From Mobula birostris (taxonomy: Eukaryota): a stretch of 39,763 nucleotides of DNA. A program made the translations under genes and the position numbers. The notes beneath the pieces are model-generated. The model saw only the letters and a program-made list of their open reading frames with translations, ran no database searches and was not told the origin of the DNA. Of the stretch, positions 1-9,989 are shown piece by piece. The stretch spans positions 12,860,316 through 12,900,078 of the forward strand of contig NC_092384.1 in NCBI RefSeq assembly GCF_030028105.1, written 5' to 3'. How positions within the stretch are numbered: the stretch's first letter is position 1; each line of letters starts with the position of its first letter.

Positions 1-420
1 ACAATCCCTGGCCTTGCCTGCTTTTGGCGACCGAGAAGGTGGTCGAATCGTTTGGACAGAGTGGCGCTCAGTACTCGGTGTCGGAGAGGTGATCAGAGCT
101 CGAAGTTTTCGGATGACTCAGAGTCGGATTGTGGTCGGCAAGGCAGGGAAAGGTTTTCTTCCTTCTCCCATCTGCGTGAGATGTGGGACATTTGAGAAAC
201 TTTGAACTTTACTGTGCTCATGGACTTCTTCATCAAGTTATGGTATGGTTGCACTGTCGTAACTATGTGTTATAATTATGTAGTTTTGTCAGCTTTTTTC
301 AGTCTTGGTCTGTCCTGTGTTTTGTGATATCACACCGGAGGAAATAATGTATCATTTCTTAATGCATGCATTACTAAATGACAATAAAAGAGGACTACGT
401 GTCTTTGTATTCATCATAAT
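1..420 (+). mobile_element. Probable 3' UTR of a non-LTR retroelement (Rex1/L2-like), cut by the window edge
   Basis: No credible coding frame; T/G-rich segment ending in AATGACAATAAAAG plus a short tail, similar in style to the Rex1 3' ends at about 33310 and 35540. Family assignment is inference. Confidence 0.35.
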
Positions 421-799
421 CTTATGAACATATTAACATCTGAAACAGTGGAGTTCCAAAGTCTCTTAATGGCATTCACACCAGAAATTGATAGTAAAGG
501 GAGGAGCCTGAAAAATATCTACGCTGGAAGATGATGGGCACAATTGGAAGATTTAATAGTTATTTTATAACTACCACTTACCAAACTGGCAAGGCAGGAT
601 GAAGGCAATAGAGAAAATAGACGAGATGAAAATTAATAAAAGGAATGCGCTTGAAATGATGGTTATTCCTGAAGTAGATGCAACCTGGATTTGAGAAGAT
701 CCAAGGACACTGTTAGAATTCTGGAAGAGTATTACAGAAGTGACTCCCATCTAATTATTTCATCCAGTTTAATTCCATTAAAATGCTAAATGTCACATT

Positions 800-1914
800 T
801 ATCCTCTGAGTATGAAGATCAAATTTTTCAATACGTTATAATCAATTTAACATTGAGGAACCATTTAGAATTGCAATGGACATCACAATGGCATGAGAGG
901 GTAACCGGCCAATGTTGACTGGAAAAGGACAATAGAGAGAAGAACAGCAGTGTAGCAATGGCTGAAGCTTCTGCAAAAAAGAGAGAAGTGCAAGAAAGAT
1001 ATATCCCAAATAAGAAGAAATTTTCGAATGGAAGAAGGACACCACTGTAGCTGACAAGTGAAGTCAGACCAAAGTAAAAGCAAAAGAGAGGGCATACAAG
1101 GAAGCCAAAGGTAGTGGGAAGATACATGATCAGGGAGCTTTTAAAAACCTGTAAAAGGAAACTAAAAAGGTCATTGGGAAGGAAAAGATGAATTATGAGA
1201 GGAAACTGGTGACTAATATCAAAGAATATACCAAAAGCTTTTTTAAGTATATAAAGGGTAAAAGAGAGTTGAGGGTAGATATAGGACCAATAGAAAAAGG
1301 CGCTCGAGATATTGTAATGAGAGATGCAGAGATGGCAGAGGAACTGAATGCGCATTTTGCCACAGTGGAAGACGTCTGCAGTATACCGGACATTCAACAG
1401 TGTCAGGGAGGTGAAGTATGTGCAGTGAAAATTACGACTAAGGTGCTCATGAAGCTTAATGGTCTGAGGGTGGATAAATCTCCTGGACCTGATGGAATGC
1501 ACACTCATGTTCTTAAGGAAGTAGCTGGAGAGACTGTTGCGGCATTAACAATGATCTTTCAAAAATCGATAGGTTCTGGCATTGTAGCAGATGACTGGAA
1601 AATTGCAAATATTACTCTGCTATTTATGAAGGGTGGGAGGCAGCAGAAAGGAAACTATGGACCTGCTAGCCTGACATCAGTGGTTGGGAGGTTGTTGGAA
1701 TCAGTTGTTAGGGATGAGATTGTGGAGTACCTGGAGACACATGACAAGATAGGCCAAAGCCAGCAATGTTTCCTGAAAGAAAAATCCTGCCTGACTAACC
1801 CACTGTATTTTTATTAAGAAATTACAAGCAGGGTAGACAAAGGAGATGTAGTGGATGTGGTGTACTTGGGGTTGCAGAAGACCTTTGACAGGGTGCCGCA
1901 CTTGAGGCTGCTTA
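800..1914 (+). mobile_element. Older CR1 LINE (host A), 5' part: degenerate ORF2 tether and RT N-terminus
   Basis: ORF 1188-1817 has KSPGPDGMH, NYGPASLTS and QSQQCF; the sequence continues as decayed DVVYLxxQKxFDxVPHLRLL up to the insertion point. Confidence 0.85.
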
Positions 1915-3385
1915 TGAGGACTGGAGGGTGGCTAATGTAACCCTGCTTTTTAAAAAAGGAGGGAAAGAGAAACCGGGGAATTATAGACCGGTTAGCCTAA
2001 CATCGGTGGTGGGGAAAATGCTAGATTCAGTTATCAAAGATGTGATAAAAGCACATTTGGAAAGTGGTGAAATCATCGGACAAAGTCAGTATGGATTTGT
2101 GAAAGGAAAATCATGTCTGACGAATCTCAGAATTTTTGAGGATGTAACTAGTAGAGTGGATAGGGAAGAACCAGTGGATGTGGTATATTTGGATTTTCAG
2201 AAGGCTTTTGACAAGGTCCCACACAGGAGATTAGTGTGCAAACTTAAAGCACACGGTATTGGGGGGTAAGGTATTGATGTGGATACAGAATTGGTTGGCA
2301 GACAGGAAGCAAAGAGTGGGAATAAACGGGACCTTTTCAGAATGGCAGGCAGTGACTAGTGGGGTACCGCAAGGCTCAGTGCTGGGACCCCAGTTGTTTA
2401 CAATATATATTAATGACTTAGATGAGGGAATTAAATGCAGCATCTCCAAGTTTGCGGATAACACGAAGCTGGGTGGCAGCGTTAGCTGTTCGGAGGATGC
2501 TAAGAGGATGCAGGGTGACTTGGATAGGCTAGGTGAGTGGGCAAATTCATGGCAGATGCAACTTAATGTGGATAAATGTGAGGTTATCCACTTTGGTGGC
2601 AAAAACAGGAAAACAGATTATTATCTGAATGGTGGCCGATTAGGAAAAGGGGAGGCGCAACGAGACCTGGGTGTCATTATACACCAGTCATTGAAAGTGT
2701 GCATGCAGGTACAGCAGGCGGTGAAAAAAGCGAATGGTATGCTGGCATTCATAGCAAGATGATTTGAGTACAGGAGCAGGGAGGTACTACTGCAGTTGTA
2801 CAAGGCCTCGGTGAGACCACACCTGGAGTATTGTGCGCAATTTTGGTCCCCTAATCTGAGGAAAGACATTCTTGCCATAGAGGGAGTACATAGAAGGTTC
2901 ACCAGGTTGATTCCTGGGATGGCAGGACTTTCATATGATGAAAGACTGAATATCGACTAGGCTTATACTCTCTGGAATTTAGAAGATTGAGGGGGGATCT
3001 TATTGAAACATATAAAATCCTAAAGGGATTGGACAGGTTAGATGCAGGAAGATTGTTCTCTATGTTGGGGAAGTCCAGAACAAGGGGTCACAGTTTGAGG
3101 ATAAAGGGGAAGCCTTTTAGGACCGAGATTAGGAAAAACTTCTTCACACAGCGAGTGGTGAATCTGTGGAATTCTCTGACACAGGAAGTAGTTGAGGCCA
3201 GTTCATTGACTATATTTAAGAGGGAGTTAGAAATGGCCCGTGTGGCTAAAGGGATCAGGGGGTATGGAGGGAAGGCTGGTACAGGGTTCTGAGTTGGATG
3301 ATCAGCCATGATCATATTGAATGGCGGTGCAGACTTGAAGGGCCAAATGGCCTACTCCTGCACCTATTTTCTATGTTTCTATGTT
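1915..3385 (+). mobile_element. Young CR1 family Y, 5'-truncated copy nested in host A
   Basis: Closely matches 11645-12860 (YRPVSLTS, YLDFQKAFD, GVPQGSVLGP, FAD) with a few frameshifts and stops; complete 3' end with (TTCTATGT)n tail at about 3369-3386. Confidence 0.95.
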
Positions 3386-4463
3386 TAACAAGATAAGAGC
3401 CCATGGAATTACAGAGTTTCTAGTATGGGTGGAGCATTGGCTGATCAGCAGAAAACAGAGAGTGGGAATAAAGGGATCTTATTCTGGCTGGCTGCTGTTC
3501 CAGTGGAGTTCCACATGTGTTAATGTTGGGATCACTGCTTTTTACAATGTATATCTATGGAATTAATGGATTTGAGGCTTAATTTGTCGATGATACAAAG
3601 ATAGGTGGAGGAGCGGGTATTGTTGAGGAAACAGAGAGTTTACAGAGAGACGTGGATAGGGAATGGGCAAAAAGTGGCAAATTGGCAAATGGAATACAAT
3701 ATTGGAAAGTGTATAGTCACGCACTTTGGTAGAAGAAATAAATGGGCGGTCTTTTATTTAGATGGGGAGAGAATTCAAAATTCAGAGATTCAAGGGACTT
3801 GGGAGTTCTTGTGCACGATCCCCTAATTGGTTGAGTCGGTGCTGAAGAAGGCAAATGCAATGTCGGCATTCATTTCTGGAGGTACGGAATATAAGAGCAG
3901 GGATATGATATTGAGGCTCTATAAGGCAGTCGTGAGACTACACGGAGTATTGTGTGCAGTTTTGCGCTCCTAATTTTAGAAAGGATATACTGACATTGGA
4001 GAGGGTTAAGAGAAGATTCACAAGAATGAAAGGGTTACCATATGAGGAACGTCTGACAACTCTTGGACTGACAGGAGAATGGGGGGGGGCTCTCATAGAA
4101 ACATTCTGAATATTAAAAGGCCTGAACAGATAAGATATGGCAAAGCTATTTCCCATGGTAGGGGAGTCTAGGTCAAGAGGGCATGACTTCAGGATCAAAG
4201 GATGTCCATTTAGAAATGAGATGCAGTGAAATTATTTTAGCAGAGGGGGGTAAACCTGTCAAATTTGTTGCCACAAACGGCTGTGGAAGCCAGGTCACTG
4301 AGTGTGTTTAAGGCAGAGATAGATAGGTTCCTGATTAGCTAGGGCATCAAAGGGTATGGGGAGAAAGCAGGGGACTGGAAGAATTGGATCAGCCCATGAC
4401 TGAATGGCAGAACATTCGGTGGGCCGAATGACCTCTTTCTGCTCCTATATCTATTGGTCTTAT
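3386..4463 (+). mobile_element. Older CR1 LINE (host A), 3' part
   Basis: Resumes the interrupted RT reading (HLRLL|NKIRAHGI, KQRVGI, WQMEYN) and ends with a CR1-type 3' UTR near 4460. Confidence 0.85.
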
Positions 4464-4764
4464 AATAATGGACATTAAGAAAATGTATATTAATTGTCTG
4501 TTGTGGTGAACCATATTAATACAGGAGAATCATCATAACATATACAAGTTGTCTTTCACTTATTTGGTTTGCATTTTGTGGGAGCTAAAATAGGAATCTA
4601 ATGAAGGCAATCTGGCAGATAAAGAGATTTTCATAAAATGCCATCAAAATAAAGTCCTACATAAATCAAGGAAGAAGGTGTTCCTGAATCGCTGAGTGTG
4701 TGCCTTAAGGCTTCTGTATCTCCTACTTGATGGTAACAGTGAGGAAATGGCATACATATTGCGA

Positions 4765-5190
4765 CTACTTTATACTTTATTGTTGCTGTCTCGGGGCTAT
4801 AACAGCAAAGGCACAGTCACCCCTGAACTTAAATTTAGATCGTGGGACAGCCAGGAGCCCCAAATCAGCCGACCTGAGGGACCTGGAAGTAGAATAAAGG
4901 GTCAGAAGGTATGCGATATAGGAGGGGGCCAGCCCATTTAGGGTTTTAAAGACAAACAGGAGAACCTTAAAATCAATTCTAAACCGTACTGGTAGCCAGT
5001 GGAGACAGGCCAGGATAGAAGTAATATGGTCCCACTTCTGAGCACCTGTCAGGAGCCTGGACCAGTTGCAGGCGGGACAGGAACGACGGACTTATCCCAG
5101 TATAAAGGGAGTTAGAGTAGTCCAAGCGGGAGGATATAAGAGCGTGGATGACTTTCTCAAAATCTTCGAAAGAGAGAAAAGTCATAATAA
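4765..5190 (-). mobile_element. L2-clade LINE 3' fragment
   Basis: ORF 4979-5185 has EKVIHALISSRLDYSNSL, the L2 RT C-terminal signature; short-repeat tail TACTTTATACTTTATT at about 4766-4781. Confidence 0.7.
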
Positions 5191-5361
5191 TGATTATAAA
5201 TACAAAAATAAATAATTAGCACAAAAGCAGTAAAATGAGGTAGCGTTCATTGATTCATGCACTGTTCAGAAATCTGATATCGAAGGGGAAGAAGCAGTTC
5301 CTAAATCAATGAGTGTGGGGCCTCAGGATCATGTACATCATCCCCAATGCTAGCAGTGAGG

Positions 5362-6270
5362 AGGCTTTATACTTTATACTTTATTGTCGCCAAACTATTG
5401 ATACTAGAGCGTACAATCATCAAAGTAATATTTGATTTTGCACTTCGTGCTCCCTGGAGTACACATCGATAGTAAATATTTAAAAAAATTAAATTATAAA
5501 TCATGAATAGAAAATAGAAAAGGGGAAGTAAAGTAGTGTGAAAAACTGAGAAGATAGTCTGGATATTTGGAGGATACGGCCGGATCCGAGTCAGGATCTG
5601 TTCAGCAGTCTTATCACAGTTGGAAAGAAGCTGTTCCCAAATCTGGCCGTACGAGTCTTCAAGCTCCTGAGCCTTCTACCGGAGGGAAGAGGGACGAAAA
5701 GTGTGTTGGCTGGGTGGGTCGTGTCCTTGATTATCCTGGCAGCACTGCTCCGACAATGTGCGGTGTAAAGTGAGTCCAAGGACAGAAGATTGGTTTGTGT
5801 GATGTGCTGCACCGTGTTCACGAGCTTCTGCAGCTTCTTCCAGTCTTGGACAGGACAACTTCCATACCAGGTTGTGATGCACCCCAGAGGAATGCTTTCT
5901 ACAGTGCATCTATAAAAATTAGTGAGCGTTTTAGGGGACTGGCCAAATTTCTTTAGTTTTCTCAGGAAGTAAAGGCGCTGGTGGGCCTTCTTGGCAGTGA
6001 ACTCTGCTTGTTTGGTCCAAGTCAGGTCATTTGTGATATTGACCCCGAGGAACTTAAAGCTTTTGACCTGTTCCACTTGCGCACCACCGATGTAAATTGG
6101 GTTGTGCTGTCCGCTACTCCTTCTGAAGTCAACAACCAATTCCTTCATCTTGCTGACGTTCAGGGATAGGTTATTGTCTTCGCACCAGGCCACCAGGTTC
6201 TTAATTTCCTCTCTGTACTCAAACTCATCATTATCTGAGATACGGCCTACAATTGTTGTGTCATCAGCAG
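5362..6270 (-). mobile_element. Rex1/Babar-clade LINE, 5'-truncated
   Basis: ORF 5591-6193: WCEDNNLSLNVSKMKELVVDFRR, KKAHQRLYFLRKL, FYRCTVES, LPSGRR; tail CTTTATACTTTATACTTTATT at about 5365-5385. Confidence 0.85.
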
Positions 6271-6299
6271 CAGCAGTCTATGTAGCCTCTAAACTGATG

Positions 6300-6722
6300 G
6301 AATGAAAATCGATATCTCCATCTTTCGCTGATCCATCCCCGTCCCTTCCTTCTTCTTCAATTGCCCACTCTAGACCCTCTGCTTATCACCTTGATCTGGT
6401 TTTCCCATGGTCTACTCTCCTCTGTTATCAAATTCCTTATTCTCCAGCCCTTTAACTTTTCCACTTACCACCTTCTTCCTTCTTACTTCATCCCCACCCC
6501 CCACCTCACCAACCCATCTGGCATCAGCTATCACCGTCTAGCCTGTACTTCTTCCTCTCCCTCACCTTCTTATGCTAACATCTTCCCCTTTCCTTTCCAG
6601 TCCCGAGGAAGGACCTCGGCCCGAACTTTTCACTGTGTATTCATTTCCACAGATGCTGCCTGTTCTGCTGATTTCCTCCAGCATTTTGGGTCTATTGCTC
6701 TGGTTTTCCAGCATCTGCAGAA
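6300..6722 (+). mobile_element. Penelope-like element (PLE) 3' end with decayed hammerhead motif
   Basis: CT-rich linker, then CAGTC-CCGAGGA-AGGACCTCGGCCC-GAAC (about 6598-6626) and GATGCTGCC...CCAGCATTTTG, homologous to 13608-13959 and to the reverse complement of 16074-16377. Confidence 0.7.
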
Positions 6723-7544
6723 TCTGTTGTACAGTACAGCACAGTACATGCCCTTCAGCCCACAATGCTGTGCCGACCCTCAAACTCTGCCTCCCATATA
6801 ACCCCCCCACCCCAGGACAAGATCTTTTAAAAAAAGAACTGCAATTAAATGTTTTATCCACAGAGTATAACGCCATAGAAATTTGAGCAGCTTGTGTACA
6901 ATCGTAGAGATCTGGTTGGTGTAGAGCACTACAAGAACATTGAAATTAATAGATGTTCTTCATTTCGTAGGATCATTTTATATATCGGTTTCTACACAAG
7001 ATGGCTCTGCAGTGCATTAGAACAGTGTTATAGTTCTAATCAGGTCTTGTTTTGAGGTGGGTCTGTGCATTTTCATGAACATGCTGGACAGGTAAAATAT
7101 CAATTTTAATGCCTTTACCTATCAGCAAGTTTTGAGAAAACCTTAAACATTACACGTTTCAAATGTCTAAAATCTATTCCTGTCTAAATATCTATTCAGA
7201 GCAATAGTCTACTTTATACAACTGCATTTTGTTTTTAGTGGGATATTTTACAAGAAGGAATTATTTACAATAAATTTCAACATGATAAACGTTGTTAAAA
7301 ATTTGGGTCTTCTAAACGCTTCAAATTTTGCTATCATTTGTGCTTCGCATAAAGGGGAAATGCAAGTGCAATGGGGAAATTACTGCATCGAACCGAAGTG
7401 GAACTTGGTTTCTCTTATAAAAAACGCTGTCAGACCTTTAGAGTATCTTCAAAACATTGCTATTACAACGATCAGAATGGCCTTTGTGCATTGGAACGAT
7501 GTATCCTGAACACGGCATGCCGATTCTGGGTCTGGTTTCTTCCA

Positions 7545-8633
7545 AACAGAACATAGAACACAGAAAACCTACAGCACAATACAGGCCCTTTGGCCCACAA
7601 TGCTATGCCGAACATGTATTTAAGTTAGAAATTACCTCGGGTTACCCATAGCCATCTATTTTTTGAAACTCCATGTACCTTTCCAGTAGTCTCTTAAAAG
7701 ACCTATCATATCCGCCTCCACCACCATCACAGGCAGTCCATTCCATGCAATCACCACTCTCTGCATAAAAAAACTTACCCCTGGCATCCCCTCTGTACCT
7801 GCTTCCAAGCACCTTAAAACTGTGCTCTCTCATGTTAGCCATTTCAGCCCTGGGAAAAAGCTTCTGACTATCCACAGGATCAATGCCTCTCATCATCTTA
7901 TACACCTCTATCAGGTCACCTCTCATCCCCCAAGGAGAAAAGGCCAAGTTCACTCAACCTATTCTCATGGCATGCTCCCCAATCCAGGCAACATCCTTGT
8001 AAATATCCTCTGCACCCTTTATATAGTTTCCACATCCTTCCTGCAGTGAGGCGCCAGATCTGAATACAGTATTCCAAGTGGGGTGTGACCAGGATCCTAC
8101 ATGGCTGTAACATTACCTCTCGCCTCCTAAACTGAAGCAAAGTATTCATTAAGCATTTCTGCTATCTCCTCTGGTTCCATACACACTTTTCCACTGTCAC
8201 ACTTGATTGGTTCTATTCTGTCACATCTTATCCTCTTGCTCTTCACACACTTGTAGAATGCCTTGGGGTTTTCCTGAATCCTGCTCGCCAAGGCCTTCTC
8301 ATGGCCCCTTCGAGCTCTCTTAAATTCATTGTTAAGCTTCTTTCTGCTAGCCTTATAATGTTCTAGATCTCTATCATTACCTAATTTTTTGAAACTTCAT
8401 AAGTTTTTCTTTCCTTCTTGACTAGATTTTCAACAGCCTTTGTACACCACGGTTCCTGTACCCTACCATCCTTTCCGTCTCATTGGAACGTACCTATGCA
8501 GAATGCCACGCAAATATCCCCTGAACATTTGCCACATTTCTGCTGTACATTTGTCTGAGAACATCTGTTCCCAATTTATGCTTCCAAGTTCCTGCCTGAT
8601 AGCCCCCTACTCCAATTAAACACTTTCCTAACT
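7545..8633 (-). mobile_element. Degenerate CR1 LINE with internal deletion
   Basis: Minus-strand ORFs give MRGDLIEVYKMMRGID and PHLEYCIQIW; tether-region sequence at 8160-8633 joins the C-terminal region directly; short-repeat tail near 7545-7562. Confidence 0.85.
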
Positions 8634-8650
8634 TGGATTCAGAATTGAGT

Positions 8651-8886
8651 GTTCTGAGAGGCAGGACTGCGCAGGCGTGTGACGTCGGGCAGTGCAGCGC
8701 GGCAGATTTAAAAGGGCAGACATCCTGCTTCGGGTTTGATTCGAAGAAGGAGTCTGAGAGTCTGAGTGGGAGTGCCGAGAAAGACATTTTTGAAATTTCG
8801 TTATTTTTTTTCTCCAACGGCGTTCTGAGAGGCGGGACTGCGCAGGCGTATGACGTCGGGCTGTGCAGCGTGGCAGATTTAAAAGG
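8651..8886 (+). promoter_or_regulatory. Duplicated about 65-bp module in the CR1 5' UTR, putative internal Pol II promoter
   Basis: Direct repeats 8651-8715 and 8822-8886, each with GACTGCGCAGGCGT, TGACGTC (CRE-like) and TTTAAAA. The repeat is seen; promoter function is inferred. Confidence 0.5.
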
Positions 8887-9048
8887 AACAGAGCCTCATA
8901 GAGCGGGCAGCGGAGTTTGCGGGCTGCAGAGTGAGCCGGGAGCAGAGTGAAGACTTAAGGGCTTCGGCTCAACGGGCTTAGGTGGAAACAGGCGAGGCGA
9001 GGGAGGTTTGGCATTCATTTTCTGTTGTTATTTGAGGAGAGGGGCAGT

Positions 9049-9984
9049 ATGAGTGTGAGGGCAGTTTGCTGTTCTCGGTGTCAGATGTGGGAGGGCCTGG
9101 AGTCTACAAGCCTCCCGGACGTCTACATCTGCGCCAAGTGCATCGAGATGCAGCTCCTTAGGGACCACGTTACGGAACTGGAGCTGCAGCTCGATGACCT
9201 TCGTCTGGTCAGGGAGAGTGAGGAGGTGATAGAGAGGAGCTGCAGGCAGGTGGTCACGCCGGGGCCACGGGAGGCAGACAAGTGGGTCACGGTTAGGAGG
9301 GGGAAGGGGAAAGGTCAGGTAATAGGGAGTACCCCGGTGGCTGTGCCCCTTAACAACAGGTACTCCTGTTTGAGTACTGTTGGGGGGGACAGCTTTCCCG
9401 GGAGAAGCGACAGTGGCCGTGCCTCCGGCACAGAGTCCGGCCCTGTAGCTCAGAAGGGTAGGGCAAGGAAGAGGAGGGCAGTTGTGATAGGGGACTCGAT
9501 AGTAAGGGGGTCAGATAGGTGATTCTGTGGACGCAGTCCAGAGACCCGGATGGTAGTTTGCCTCCCTGGTGCCAGAGTCCGGGATATTTCTGATCGTGTC
9601 CAAGATATCCTGAAGTGGGAGGGTGAGGAGCCAGAGGTCGTGGTACATATAGGTACCAATGACATAGGTAGGAAAAGGGATGAGGTCCTGAAAGGAGAAT
9701 ATAGGGAGCTAGGAAGGGAGTTGAGAAAAAGGACCGCAAAGGTAGTAATCTCAGGATTACTGCCTGTGCCACGCGACAGTGAGAGTAGGAATGCAATGAG
9801 GTGGAGGATAAATGCGTGGCTGAGGGATTGGAGCAGGGGGCAGGGATTCAAGTTTTTGGATCATTGGGACCTCTTTTGGCGCAGGCGTGACCTGTACAAA
9901 AAGGACGGGTTGCACTTGAATCCCAGGGAGACCAATATCCTGGCAGGGAGATTAGCGGGGGCTACTGAGGTGACTTTAAACTAG
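9049..9984 (+). pseudogene. CR1 ORF1p (CxxC...CxxC zinc finger, leucine zipper, SGNH esterase) with one in-frame stop
   Basis: ATG 9049; CSRC...CAKC, LLRDHVTELELQLDDL, GDSIV, GTNDI, DGLH. TGA at 9520-9522 splits ORFs 9025-9522 and 9550-9984, which are in the same frame. Confidence 0.9.
9975..9981 (+). promoter_or_regulatory. Candidate -1 ribosomal frameshift heptamer U_UUA_AAC at the ORF1/ORF2 overlap
   Basis: ORF1 ends ACT TTA AAC TAG; the -1 frame (TTT AAA CTA GAA TGG TTG...) is the ORF2 frame and is open from 9969. Confidence 0.5.
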
Positions 9985-9989
9985 AATGG

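Noticed and set aside
828-1508. 226-aa minus-strand ORF
   Set aside because: Antisense to a decayed CR1; F/L/S-rich composition is what the complement of A-rich LINE sequence gives.
6598-6630. Hammerhead-like motifs at about 6600, 13130, 13840 and 33850 as active ribozymes
   Set aside because: Each has substitutions or deletions in the invariant CUGANGA or GAAA core; kept only as decayed family members.
9067-9081. CSRC occurs in both CR1 ORF1 and the receptor tail
   Set aside because: Four-residue match with unrelated flanks; no sign that the tail exon is CR1-derived.
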